In this document: positions 53,765 to 63,537 of the stretch, piece by piece
Numbering within the stretch: the first letter of the stretch is position 1
Layout of the letters: every line of letters starts with the position of its first letter
IMG/VR virus record: IMGVR_UViG_3300043499_000197
Span: 1,424-65,423 of that record
DNA: 64,000 nucleotides
Direction: 5' to 3' (one strand)
Source of the DNA: a virus
Taxonomy: Duplodnaviria; Caudoviricetes
Translations under genes and position numbers: made by a program
The notes under the pieces: model-generated
The model's database searches: none
What the model saw: the letters and a program-made list of their open reading frames with translations, nothing else
Told to the model about the DNA's origin: nothing

Positions 53765-54475
53765 ATGACGACCCCCGCCAAGGATGTGCTGCAGCGCGTG
53801 GTCTGGCTGCTGCAGGACGAAGACAGCAAGCGTTGGACCGCGGCCGAACTCACGCAGTGGCTGAACGACGCCCAGACCGCCGCGCAGACGCTGCGCCCGG
53901 ACGTGACCGAGGTCGTGACCAGCGTCACGCTGGCGCCGGGCGCCATGCAGAACCTGTATGACATGGTCTCCGACCTGCCGCAGCCGCCGGTGAAACTGAT
54001 GAAGGTGTCGCGCAACACCTCGGTCGAGGGGCGCTTCCGCGCCGTCCGGCTGGTGTCGCGCGAGATCATGGACGTGGTGCGCCCGAGTTGGCAGAGCGAC
54101 TCGCCGGCCACCGACTGCGTGAACTACATGGTGGACGTGAACCTGCCCGCCGCCTTCTGGGTCTGGCCGCCGGCGCCGGTGCCTTCGGCCCAGGTGCCCG
54201 CGATGATGGTGGAGATCCACTACTCGGCGATGCCGCTCAAGCTGGACCTGCCTGCGGCCGACAAGACCTGGAAGGACGTGGTCGGCGACTTGAGCGTGCG
54301 CGACCGCTTCGCGATGGTGCTGGTGGACTATGTGATGTATCGCGCCTTCATGAAGGACGCCGAGTTCGGCGCCAACGGGGCGCGCGCCAAGACCCACTTC
54401 GACATCTTCCAGTCCGCGCTGATGGCCGACGTGCAGGGCACGATGGTGGCGCAACCCACGGCCAAGGCCGCTTGA
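53765..54475 (+). CDS. Adaptor protein (DUF6682-like)
   Basis: LQD...RWT..EL..WLNDAQ...RPD; LVDYVMYRAF.KDAE; start ATG 53765. Confidence 0.75.
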   Translation: MTTPAKDVLQRVVWLLQDEDSKRWTAAELTQWLNDAQTAAQTLRPDVTEVVTSVTLAPGAMQNLYDMVSDLPQPPVKLMKVSRNTSVEGRFRAVRLVSREIMDVVRPSWQSDSPATDCVNYMVDVNLPAAFWVWPPAPVPSAQVPAMMVEIHYSAMPLKLDLPAADKTWKDVVGDLSVRDRFAMVLVDYVMYRAFMKDAEFGANGARAKTHFDIFQSALMADVQGTMVAQPTAKAA

Positions 54476-54486
54476 GGAGCAACGCG

Positions 54487-54897
54487 ATGGCCGTCAAGCA
54501 GAAATTCAAGCTGGTGCAGAACGACCAGATGCCCGAGGTCTGGCTCTCGCTCACCGACAACATCACGGGCGATCCGATCGATGTCAGCGACGTCGGCACC
54601 GCCGTCTACGCGCACCTGCGCGAAGTGGGCTCCAAGGTGGTGAAGGAATCGCTGGTCTGCGACAAGCTGGCCGGCGTCGTGATCGCCACCAACGAGGAGA
54701 CCGGCGCCCAGACCATCAGCGTGGCGCCGCCCTACGACACGCCGGGGCGCGGCGGCCGGGCGGCGATCGTCTGGAACGAGGACACGCTGGACAAGGCCGG
54801 CACCTTCCAGGCCGAGATCGAGGTGGTGTTCGCCGACGCCAAGCCCATGACGTGGTACGACCTGTTGCAGTTCCAAGTCCGCGAGCAGTTCGCCTGA
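54487..54897 (+). CDS. Virion protein with BppU-like Ig fold
   Basis: LVQND..P...L.D...PIDVS...GTFQAEIEV.F; GAGGAG SD. Confidence 0.7.
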   Translation: MAVKQKFKLVQNDQMPEVWLSLTDNITGDPIDVSDVGTAVYAHLREVGSKVVKESLVCDKLAGVVIATNEETGAQTISVAPPYDTPGRGGRAAIVWNEDTLDKAGTFQAEIEVVFADAKPMTWYDLLQFQVREQFA

Positions 54898-54908
54898 AAG
54901 AGCCGTGC

Positions 54909-55658
54909 GTGTTCAAGACCTTCGACACCCCAGCGCCCACCGGCGAGACGATCAGCGCCAGCGTGCGCCGGCTCTCGGTGGCGTCGCAGGCGATCGAGGT
55001 CCGGGTCGATGCGACCATGGTCCAGTTCGAGGTCGATGCGCTGCTGGTGGCCTCGAACTCGAACGCGCTGCGCCGCTTCCACTTCTACTTCGATGTCTGG
55101 TTCACGGACGCGCTGGCGATGGAAGCGGGCTTCCAGTGGCCCGAGGAAGTGGTGGTGTTCACCGACGACGGCCTGGAGGTGGCGATCCCGGTCCACTGGG
55201 GCGACGACGAGGTGGTGCTGTTCGCCGAGCAAGTGCTGGGCGCGGACTTCGCCATCGAGGCGGCCGAGTTCGTGGCGCTGGCCGACTACTCGATCCAGTA
55301 TGTGCTGGACTTCGCCGCCGGCGAGACGCTGCGCTTTTCCGACATGTCGGTCGCCTGGGATGGCGTCCATGCCTGGGCCGAGACAGTCGTGGCGCTCGAT
55401 GCGCTGTCGGTGATCGGCGGCAACACGGTGGCGCTGCAGGAACTGGTCAGCCTGTCCGAGGTGATGATCGGCGGCCCGATCGTGACCTTCGGCGATGCCG
55501 TGCGCTGGAGCGAACTGGTTTTCTACGTGATGGACTTTGCGCTGCAGCCCGAGTCCGTGACCTGGGTCGAGGTGCTCACGGTCTCGCTGGTCGCGAACAC
55601 CGATGCGCGTCCTGGCGCCTTCATTCCTGGCTCGGCTTTGCTGGGCAGTCCGACCTGA
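54909..55658 (+). CDS. Acidic, aromatic-rich repetitive virion protein
   Basis: GTG start; GC3 bias; periodic W/F/D/E pattern. Confidence 0.65.
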   Translation: MFKTFDTPAPTGETISASVRRLSVASQAIEVRVDATMVQFEVDALLVASNSNALRRFHFYFDVWFTDALAMEAGFQWPEEVVVFTDDGLEVAIPVHWGDDEVVLFAEQVLGADFAIEAAEFVALADYSIQYVLDFAAGETLRFSDMSVAWDGVHAWAETVVALDALSVIGGNTVALQELVSLSEVMIGGPIVTFGDAVRWSELVFYVMDFALQPESVTWVEVLTVSLVANTDARPGAFIPGSALLGSPT

Positions 55659-55693
55659 ACTCATAATTCGCCACCCTTCGAAGGACCACTACC

Positions 55694-56191
55694 ATGCGAC
55701 TCCGTACTCTTGTGAGCGACCTGCTCCACACGCTCGGGCTCGTGTCCCTGCGTCGCGACGAAGTAACGATCAGCGGCGAGTTCCGCTACTGGTTCATCAA
55801 CCCGGAGGGCATGCGGGTCAGCGAGGACCACGTGGTGCGTAACCTCGTGGTCGATTCGGGCAAGGCGTTCCTGGCCAACCGCTCGATCTCCGCAGCCAAG
55901 AACCCGATCAGCCACGTGGCGATCGGCAGCGGCGTGACGCCGCCGGCGGTGGGCCAGACCCAACTGGTGACCGAGACCGCGCGCGTGGCGCTGTCCACGG
56001 CGACTTCGACCGGCAACGTGGTGAACTGCGCCGGCACGGTCCCCGCGGGTACGGGCACTGGCACGGTGGAAGAGGTGGCCCTCTTCAACGCGGGCACGGC
56101 CGGCGACATGATCTCGCGCACGCTGACCGGCACCATCACCAAGCCGGCGGGCCTGGGCCTGCAGTTCTCCTGGACGCTGACGGTCAACTGA
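55694..56191 (+). CDS. Conserved virion/tail protein
   Basis: NLVV..G...LA...HVAIGSG...TQL..E...EEVALFN...MISR motif. Confidence 0.75.
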   Translation: MRLRTLVSDLLHTLGLVSLRRDEVTISGEFRYWFINPEGMRVSEDHVVRNLVVDSGKAFLANRSISAAKNPISHVAIGSGVTPPAVGQTQLVTETARVALSTATSTGNVVNCAGTVPAGTGTGTVEEVALFNAGTAGDMISRTLTGTITKPAGLGLQFSWTLTVN

Positions 56192-56192
56192 A

Positions 56193-57818
56193 GTGACCAC
56201 GCTGAACCTGTTCTCCAACCGCGCCACCGCGAAACTCGCGGCGGACGTGATCGCGGGCGACACCGCGCTCACGCTGGTGACCGGCGAAGGCGCGCGCTTC
56301 CCGGCGTTGGCGGCGGGCCAGTACTTCCGGCTCGTGCTGCAGAAGGGCACCGGCCCGACCGACCAGCGCGAGTACATGGTCTGCACCGCGCGCGCCGGCG
56401 ACGTGCTCACGGTCACGCGGGCGCAGGAGGGCACACCGGCCGCCGCGTTCGCGACCAACGACGAGGTCTCGCTGGTGGCCACCGCGCTCAGCATGACCTC
56501 GTTCGTGCAGCGCAGTGGCGTCACGCTGCAGGGCGCGCTCGAAGTCGAAGCGGTGCCGAGCACGCCGCTGGGCATCGCCACCAAGAGCTACGTCGATACC
56601 GGCACGCTGGCCGACGCGCCTTCGGACGGCGTCTACTATGTCCGCCGCAACGCGGGCTGGGTCGATGGCGATGGCGTCTTTGCCACCGACGCGGCGCTGG
56701 GTGGCAAAGTCGCAAAAGCTGGCGACACGATGACCGGCGCGCTTGGGGTGGCCGATGGCATCGTCTCGGCGCCGGGGCTCAGCTTTGCATCGGAAGCGTC
56801 GCTGGGCATGTACCGGCCCTCCACCAGCAACATCGGCTGGGTCGCTGCGGGCGCACTCGTGAAGACGTTGGGCGCAGCGACATCGACCAGCACCTACATC
56901 TCGCTGAACCCCCGTGCGGTAGGTGGCGCATTCCTCCAACTGGTCAATGCACCCGCTGCGTCGGTCAACTACAACGTGTTGAGCGTGGGGGTGGATCAGG
57001 CGCACGGCTATATCGGTTTGGGTAAGAACGGATCGGCCACGGACAAGCCGTTGGATTTCACCGGGGCGGCCGGCTATAGCTTCGATGCCGACCCCTATGT
57101 CTTCCCGCGCGTGGCGACCGGCAACGCCAATATATATTTAATCAACCAACCGGCCGGGGTGAGCCCCTATCAGCGGCTGGTGATGGGCATGTCGGGAATC
57201 AATGCCGTCATTGCAGCGTCAGGTGTCGGCGCGGCCAAGCCGCAGATGTTTTTCGATGCCGCGAACTTCACCTTCTCTGGCTCGGCGCTCGTGGTCCCCT
57301 CTCCGGGCTATATCTCTTCCTATGGTGACGTTCTCAGCGGATCGAATCTTGCGCTGATGCAGGGCAACTCGGCCAACCCCTATGTGCGCTTCACATCGGA
57401 TGGCTGGAAGTTGGTCTATGCGGCGGGGTCGCTGGTCTGGCAGAGCCCAACCTCCGTGAACCTGCTGACGATTACCGGGGGTGGCGACTTGACGATCTTC
57501 GGCGCAGTGGCGGTCAAGGCCAGCGGTACGACCTGGGCGGTTTCTTCAAGCCGCGACATCAAACACAACATCCGGGACTACACGCCGGGGCTGGCAGAAC
57601 TGCTGCGTGTGCGCCCGCGTTCCTACCAACTCAACGACGACGAGACCCGCGGGACTTACCAGGGCATCGTGGCCGATGAGGTGGAGGGGCCGTTCCCGCG
57701 CTCGATCACCTGCGGTCCCGATGGCAAGGCGCTGTTCAATGCCGACCCGCTGTTCTGGGCCATGGTCAACGCACTCAAGACGCTGCACCACCGCATCGAC
57801 GAACTGGAGCACCAGTGA
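56193..57818 (+). CDS. Tail fibre with C-terminal S74-like chaperone
   Basis: LTVTRAQEGT anchor; DAPSDG.YYVRRN..W; K.GDTMTG; SSRDIKHNI...GIVADEV...coiled coil. Confidence 0.85.
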   Translation: MTTLNLFSNRATAKLAADVIAGDTALTLVTGEGARFPALAAGQYFRLVLQKGTGPTDQREYMVCTARAGDVLTVTRAQEGTPAAAFATNDEVSLVATALSMTSFVQRSGVTLQGALEVEAVPSTPLGIATKSYVDTGTLADAPSDGVYYVRRNAGWVDGDGVFATDAALGGKVAKAGDTMTGALGVADGIVSAPGLSFASEASLGMYRPSTSNIGWVAAGALVKTLGAATSTSTYISLNPRAVGGAFLQLVNAPAASVNYNVLSVGVDQAHGYIGLGKNGSATDKPLDFTGAAGYSFDADPYVFPRVATGNANIYLINQPAGVSPYQRLVMGMSGINAVIAASGVGAAKPQMFFDAANFTFSGSALVVPSPGYISSYGDVLSGSNLALMQGNSANPYVRFTSDGWKLVYAAGSLVWQSPTSVNLLTITGGGDLTIFGAVAVKASGTTWAVSSSRDIKHNIRDYTPGLAELLRVRPRSYQLNDDETRGTYQGIVADEVEGPFPRSITCGPDGKALFNADPLFWAMVNALKTLHHRIDELEHQ

Positions 57819-58000
57819 ACCAATTTACCCTTCGCTTCACCGCTCAAGAGGTGGACCAGATCGCCAACATCCTGGCGCAGCGTCCGTTCGTCGAAGTCCA
57901 TGCCTTGCTGGCCAATATCAAGCAGCAGGTCGATCAGGCGCAGCAGGCTCCGCAGCAGCGGCCACAAGACGTACTCACAACCGACCAACCAGGAGCCTAA
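57815..58000 (+). CDS. Small tail-fibre-associated protein
   Basis: L...PF.EV..LL..I..Q motif; GTGA overlap. Confidence 0.65.
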   Translation: MNQFTLRFTAQEVDQIANILAQRPFVEVHALLANIKQQVDQAQQAPQQRPQDVLTTDQPGA

Positions 58001-58003
58001 GCC

Positions 58004-58945
58004 ATGCATCTCATGCTGACCAACAAGGGGCCGACGCCCATGCCCATCGGCTCGCCGGACGCTGGGGGTTATGAAGACCTGCTGCCGCCGGGCCTGGAGA
58101 TCGCCTTCGCGCGCGACGACATCGCCACGCTGATCTTCGGCGAGCAACCCGAGCCCGCCGGCCGCAGCAAGCTGGATGCGCTGGCGGTGGACCCGGCCTC
58201 GCCGCTGGCCATCGAGTACGGGACCAACATCGACCAGTGGAAAGGCCGCAGCGATGCCATCGCCGAAGAGGCTGAGATGGTGTTCAACCTGTTCGTGCGC
58301 AACGTCGGGCGCGACGACGTCACGATCACGACCACCGATGGCGACGTGACGATCAAGGGCGGCGACGGCGCCTTCATCGAGACCCTGTCGGGCTCCAAGC
58401 TGGTGGGCGCGCCGGGCGCCGGCCCGGACCCCGACGAGGCCGGCCAGATGGAAGCCACCGGCTTCACGGCCGAGCAGGACCCGCAGGTGACGGTGGACGA
58501 CGCCACGGGCCTGAACAACGGCAACACCGTGGCGCTTGTGGCCACCGGCGGCACGCCCGAGGCGCAAGCGGCGATCAACGGCAAGAGCGGCGCGATCTAC
58601 GACTTGCTGCTCAACACCTTCCGCTTCCCCAACGTGGACCTGACCGGGGTCGATGTGACGGGCCTGACCGCGACGGCCACCTTCACGCCGGACCAGGACA
58701 ACACCGGCACCATCAGCGCGTTCACGGCCGCCAACCCGACCGAGGTGACGATGGACGCCGAGGACGAGTCGCTGATCTCGGTCGGCGGCCTGATCACGCT
58801 GGAAGCGCTGGAGGGCGACCCGGCTGCGATGGCGCTGATCAACGGCGCTTCGGTGGAGGTGCTGTCCAAGGCGCCGGTGACGCTGGACTTGGACCTCTCG
58901 GGTGGCGACGTGACGGGGCTTCGGGCCGACTTCGTGGTGCTGTAG
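58004..58945 (+). CDS. Acidic virion protein with two FCCH-like beta repeats
   Basis: FTAEQDPQVT...AAING and FTAANPTEVT...ALING. Confidence 0.6.
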   Translation: MHLMLTNKGPTPMPIGSPDAGGYEDLLPPGLEIAFARDDIATLIFGEQPEPAGRSKLDALAVDPASPLAIEYGTNIDQWKGRSDAIAEEAEMVFNLFVRNVGRDDVTITTTDGDVTIKGGDGAFIETLSGSKLVGAPGAGPDPDEAGQMEATGFTAEQDPQVTVDDATGLNNGNTVALVATGGTPEAQAAINGKSGAIYDLLLNTFRFPNVDLTGVDVTGLTATATFTPDQDNTGTISAFTAANPTEVTMDAEDESLISVGGLITLEALEGDPAAMALINGASVEVLSKAPVTLDLDLSGGDVTGLRADFVVL

Positions 58946-58947
58946 CC

Positions 58948-59148
58948 ATGGCCAAGCTGAACGCCAAGAAGCGCAACGCCCTGGCGGACTCCACGTTCGC
59001 CGGGCCGGATCGCAGCTATCCGGTGCCGGACAAGTCGCATGCGGCCAATGCGAAAGCACGTGCCACGCAGCAGGTGAAGGCCGGCCACCTGAGCCCGGCC
59101 ACCGCGGCCAAGATCAAGGCCAAGGCCAACCGTGTCTTAGGAAAGTAA
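58948..59148 (+). CDS. Small basic protein (DUF6582-like)
   Basis: L.AKKRNAL.DS.FA.PDRSYPVPDKSHAANAKAR. Confidence 0.75.
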   Translation: MAKLNAKKRNALADSTFAGPDRSYPVPDKSHAANAKARATQQVKAGHLSPATAAKIKAKANRVLGK

Positions 59149-59150
59149 CC

Positions 59151-61697
59151 ATGCCTACCAAAGAAGAAAACGACGCCGCCCTGGCCACCTTCAACGAAGC
59201 CTCGAAGGCGTTCGTGGACGCGATCTATCCCGAGAACGCGGCCCCGCCCGTCGAGCCGCCAGTCGAGCCTCCGATCGATCCCCCGCCCAGTCCGCCGGTG
59301 AAGCTGGCCGACGAGTACGGGGTGTTCACGCTGACCGAAGAGGCCATGGTGCGCTTCGGCAACGAGACCCAGTATGTGGAGAAGCTGATCCCGGCCAATG
59401 AAGAGACGTCGTGCAGCATCATGACCTTCGGCAGCGACCCGGTGCCGGGCGGCAACAAGTCCTGCTACACCGCGGGGGGCTCCAGTGGAGGGGGAACACC
59501 GCCTTCCCCTTCGCCGGCTCCCTCACCTTCGCCCTCGCCGCCACCCTCGCCGTCTCCAAGCCCGCCAGCGGGCGGTCGCGTCGCCTACTACGGCAACCCG
59601 CGCTTCTACTACCCACCCGACGCCATCCGCATCCCGCCCTCGAACAAGAGCGAGATCCAGGCCCTGGTGGACCAGGGCAAGAAGATCCGGCTTGACGTGG
59701 GCGACTACACCGGCATCCCGGATCTGGTGCTGAAGACCGGCGCGGAGATTTACTGCTGCCCGAAGCGCACGCGCCTGGGCAAGGTCCACCTCGCGGCCGG
59801 GAGCGACAAGGCGTTGCTGAAGGGCGCTGCGACGGACGGCATCATCTACGACGCTGGCACGCCGATCACCGAGACCGTGCTGGGCATGGTCTACGGCGAC
59901 ATCTCCTCGACCGGCGCCAAGATCGAGCGCGGCATGCTGGCCTCGATTGGCGGACGCATCGACTGGGATGCAGGTGCGGATGGCTGGCACCGCAACAACC
60001 GCGTGATCCGGCAGCGCACGCACAACGCCGGCTTCAACGGCGATTTCCCCCACTTCCGGCTGAAGGGCGCGCCGGGCCGGACCAGTTGGGGCAACGTGGC
60101 GCTCGACGGCAACGTCCTGGGGACGTGGTACGCGGGCTATGACGTGTCGGGCCAGAAGGACTTCACGCTGTCCGGGCTCGACGAGGAAGACTACCAGCCG
60201 CACAACCATGCGAGCGGACATGCGGCGGTCTATGTGCGCGATGTCGGCACCTTCAACCTGATGGCCGCCAACGGCACGCTGGACGGCTGCGCCGACGCCG
60301 TGGACTCAGGCGCGGACAACAACAACTTCATCTTCAGCGACCTGAAGCAGAACGGCCAGGGGCCGACGCGCCGAGCCTTGCGCTTCGTCGAGCCGATGAA
60401 GCGGGCGGCGCTGTGGAAGTGGCGCACAGACGGCGGCATCGACAACCAAGTCCCGGCCTCGCTGGTGCTGATCGACCCGCGGCAAGTGACCGCCGTCAAT
60501 GAAGCGATCCAACTGCTGTGCAGCGACATCGCCAACTCCACGGCCTGGGGCTTCCCGGACCTGAGCCATCCGATCGACGACCCGGTCGGTGACCTCGATC
60601 CGGCCAGCCAGCCCGACATGGCCAATGAACTGCAGGCCATCGTGGACGGCGCGCTGGAGTGCGATGTGGAGGGCAAGGTCTACTGGCTGGAGCGGCCGGT
60701 CAGGATCAAGCGCGAGGCGGTAGTGACTGGCGTCGCCGGCAGGACCGCCTTCGTTTCCAAGAATCCCGGCATGGCTTGTTTCGAGACCGACTTCGAGGCC
60801 AACGGCCAGACCATCACGGCCAGCTTCCTGTTCATCGACGTCTTGTTCCAGGGCGGGCTCGTGGGCTACGGCCAGAACGAACCCGGCGTGCAGGCCAACG
60901 AGTTCGGCTTCATCAACGTCACCTTCCGCGACATCGGCAGCGGCGGCACGGACGTAGGAGACACCTACGCCTGGGACAACGGCTGGTCGGAGCACTGCAC
61001 CTTCTATCGCTGCGGTAGCGGCATGCGCCAGCGCGGGCTCCAAGGTGGCTCGACGCAGAACAACATCGGCTATATCGACAAGAACAACTGCCTGCGCAAC
61101 CGCTACATCGAATGCGACTACGGCATCGACTGGTGGTGCGGCCGAGCCAACAACCTGAACGGCTTCACCGAGTGCGACTTCTACAAGTGCCGGCTGGGCG
61201 CCTTCCTGCTGCAGGGCGGGCACAACGTCACCAAGTTCAACAACTGCCGCTTCTACATGTGCGGTGGCGAAGTGATGTGCGAGGCTGGATCGAACATCGT
61301 GACCTATGTCCATTGCCACTGGGTGGCGGCACCGGAGACCAAGTACTTTGTCTCGATGCAGTCCTATGTCGAAGGCGGGGACGCGGACCCGAACGGCACC
61401 GAGGCCGTGCTGTTTGGCCCCAACGTGGACGGCACGCAAGGCTGGGGCTTGAATGCCATGGTCCACAACATGGAGTCCAAGGCCAAGATCGGCGTGCCCG
61501 AGGAAAGCTGGCTGTCGGTGTTCGCCGTCAACTCGACGTTCAAGGACCAGCCCGAGTGGAGCAAGCCGATTGCCTATCGGCACTATGACTCCAAGAGTTC
61601 GCACGACACCGGTGACGACACCTGGGAGCCGGTCACCACGATCCTGGATGGCGAGTGCAAGCCGGGGACGCGGTTCCTCAGAGAGTGGCCCGAGTGA
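59151..61697 (+). CDS. Tailspike/depolymerase-like beta-helix protein with lectin-like N-terminal module
   Basis: Asn/Cys ladder repeats (INVTF, EHCTF, TECDF, NNCRF); PSPSP linker; VRFG...C...FGSDPVPG.NKSC. Confidence 0.7.
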   Translation: MPTKEENDAALATFNEASKAFVDAIYPENAAPPVEPPVEPPIDPPPSPPVKLADEYGVFTLTEEAMVRFGNETQYVEKLIPANEETSCSIMTFGSDPVPGGNKSCYTAGGSSGGGTPPSPSPAPSPSPSPPPSPSPSPPAGGRVAYYGNPRFYYPPDAIRIPPSNKSEIQALVDQGKKIRLDVGDYTGIPDLVLKTGAEIYCCPKRTRLGKVHLAAGSDKALLKGAATDGIIYDAGTPITETVLGMVYGDISSTGAKIERGMLASIGGRIDWDAGADGWHRNNRVIRQRTHNAGFNGDFPHFRLKGAPGRTSWGNVALDGNVLGTWYAGYDVSGQKDFTLSGLDEEDYQPHNHASGHAAVYVRDVGTFNLMAANGTLDGCADAVDSGADNNNFIFSDLKQNGQGPTRRALRFVEPMKRAALWKWRTDGGIDNQVPASLVLIDPRQVTAVNEAIQLLCSDIANSTAWGFPDLSHPIDDPVGDLDPASQPDMANELQAIVDGALECDVEGKVYWLERPVRIKREAVVTGVAGRTAFVSKNPGMACFETDFEANGQTITASFLFIDVLFQGGLVGYGQNEPGVQANEFGFINVTFRDIGSGGTDVGDTYAWDNGWSEHCTFYRCGSGMRQRGLQGGSTQNNIGYIDKNNCLRNRYIECDYGIDWWCGRANNLNGFTECDFYKCRLGAFLLQGGHNVTKFNNCRFYMCGGEVMCEAGSNIVTYVHCHWVAAPETKYFVSMQSYVEGGDADPNGTEAVLFGPNVDGTQGWGLNAMVHNMESKAKIGVPEESWLSVFAVNSTFKDQPEWSKPIAYRHYDSKSSHDTGDDTWEPVTTILDGECKPGTRFLREWPE

Positions 61698-61912
61698 AAG
61701 TCATCATCTTGTCTTTGCTGCTGTACGCGCTGATCCCCACGGGGCACACGCTGGCGCGTGAGACCCAGGAGCAGCCGCGCGGCGATCTCAAGTGCAAGCA
61801 GTACACATGGCTGGATTACCGGCGCGGCTTGCGCATGTGCAAGCACGACTGGGAATGCCGCAACCGGGTCTCGCGCCGCGCCGAGCAGTGCAAGCTGAGG
61901 AAGAAGTCATGA
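61694..61912 (+). CDS. Small secreted Cys-rich basic protein
   Basis: GTG start, MKVIILSLLLYALIPTGHTLA signal-like; 4 Cys; 4-nt overlaps both ends. Confidence 0.6.
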   Translation: MKVIILSLLLYALIPTGHTLARETQEQPRGDLKCKQYTWLDYRRGLRMCKHDWECRNRVSRRAEQCKLRKKS

Positions 61913-63537
61913 CGGTCATGCGCCTGACCCAGTTCCTGGGAGCCAACAAACAGATCCACCCGAAGCTGCTGGCTCCGGGGCTGGGGGTGCACTCATGGAA
62001 TCAAAAGCCGGGCCGGGGCGACTTCCGCCCCTGGCGCCTGCCCAACGGACAAGCGCCGATCCCGCCGGGCGCCAAGACGATCTACCGCATGGGGCGCGAC
62101 GTGCGCGACATGTCCCGATACTGGCTGTCCTGGCCCTCAGTGGTTTATGCGGTTCGTGGCTTCGACGCCAGCGACACGACTGAGCGGACCTACTTCGCGG
62201 GCGAGGAGATCACGCCGCAGGTGACCGACAACACGATGGCGCTGATCGGCTATCCGTACCCGTCCTCCAGCCGGCCGATGAAGATCCCGCCGCCGGCCAG
62301 CGGCCCGCTGATCGAGAGCGCGACGCCGGGCACCGACGCGGCACTGATGGAGACCTACTTCTACGTCTACACCTATGTGAACGACTGGGGCTGGGAGAGC
62401 GCGCCGAGCCCGGTCTCCAACCAGTTGGACCAGTACGCCAACGGCACGATCAAGGTGAGCGGCTTCACCAATCCGCCGGCGGGCAACTACCACATCAACC
62501 GCCTGCGCATCTACCGCACGCAGGCCTCGACGGGCGGGGCGGACTTCTTCTACGTGACCGAGCAGCCGATCGGCGTCACGCAGTTCATCGACGACAAGAC
62601 CTCGATCGGCGAGGTGATCCCCACGGCCACCTGGGCGCCGACGCCCGACGACCTGGACTGTCTGACGGCGATGTGGAACGGCATGCTGGCCGGCATCTCG
62701 GGCGGCGGGGTGCGCTTCTGCGAGCCCTACATCCCGTACGCATGGCCGCTGCAGTTCGAGATCATCCCGCCCGACGCCACGCCCGTGGGCCTGGGCGTGT
62801 TCAGCCAGAGCCTGCTGGTCCTGACCACGGGGAAACCGCTGTTGGTCGCGGGTAGCACCCCCGATGCGATGGACCAGCGGGTGCTGGACATCCCGCAGGC
62901 CTGCGTGGCCAAGCAGTCGATCGTCAGCATGGGCTCGGGCGTGGTCTGGGCCTCGGACGATGGTCTCTGCTACTACGGCGTGGACGGTGCCAAGATCCTC
63001 ACGGCGGGCATCATGAACCGCGAAGACTGGCAGCAGATCAAGCCGGCCTCGGTGATCGGCTGCATGTACGAGGGCCTGTACTTCGGCAGCTACGACCCGC
63101 TGGGCAACGGCGTGCGCGAGGGCTTCTTCATCAACCCGCAGAGCCAGGACACCGGCATCTACTTCATGCGCACGGGCTACCCGGCGATGGCCTTCGACCA
63201 GTTGATGGACCACCTGTTCGTGGTGATCGGCTCCAACGTGTGCAGTTGGGACACCGACGCGGCCTTCTTCACGGCCGAGTTCCAGTCGGGCACCACGCGC
63301 CTGCCCAAGCCGACCACCAGCTTCGCGGTGGCCGAGGTGGTGGCGGACGGCTACCCGGTGAAGCTGAAGCTCTTCTGCGACGGCGTCATGCGCTGCGACG
63401 AGTGGGTCCAGTCGAGCGAGCCGTTTCGCATGCGCGCGGGCTACATCGCGCAGGAGTTCATCTGCGTGCTGTCCTCCGACAAGCCGGTGCAGGCGGTGGC
63501 GTTCGCGCACTCGATCGAGGAGATCGCCAGCGTATGA
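61909..63537 (+). CDS. Tail nozzle/packaged DNA stabilisation protein
   Basis: YVYTYV..WG.ESAPSP, RIYRT, FCEPY.PYAWP, QACV...SIV, WAS.DGL beta-propeller pattern. Confidence 0.75.
   Translation: MTVMRLTQFLGANKQIHPKLLAPGLGVHSWNQKPGRGDFRPWRLPNGQAPIPPGAKTIYRMGRDVRDMSRYWLSWPSVVYAVRGFDASDTTERTYFAGEEITPQVTDNTMALIGYPYPSSSRPMKIPPPASGPLIESATPGTDAALMETYFYVYTYVNDWGWESAPSPVSNQLDQYANGTIKVSGFTNPPAGNYHINRLRIYRTQASTGGADFFYVTEQPIGVTQFIDDKTSIGEVIPTATWAPTPDDLDCLTAMWNGMLAGISGGGVRFCEPYIPYAWPLQFEIIPPDATPVGLGVFSQSLLVLTTGKPLLVAGSTPDAMDQRVLDIPQACVAKQSIVSMGSGVVWASDDGLCYYGVDGAKILTAGIMNREDWQQIKPASVIGCMYEGLYFGSYDPLGNGVREGFFINPQSQDTGIYFMRTGYPAMAFDQLMDHLFVVIGSNVCSWDTDAAFFTAEFQSGTTRLPKPTTSFAVAEVVADGYPVKLKLFCDGVMRCDEWVQSSEPFRMRAGYIAQEFICVLSSDKPVQAVAFAHSIEEIASV

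Noticed and set aside
56193-61697. Diversity-generating retroelement targeting tail fibres
   Set aside because: No reverse transcriptase and no TR/VR pair differing at adenines was seen
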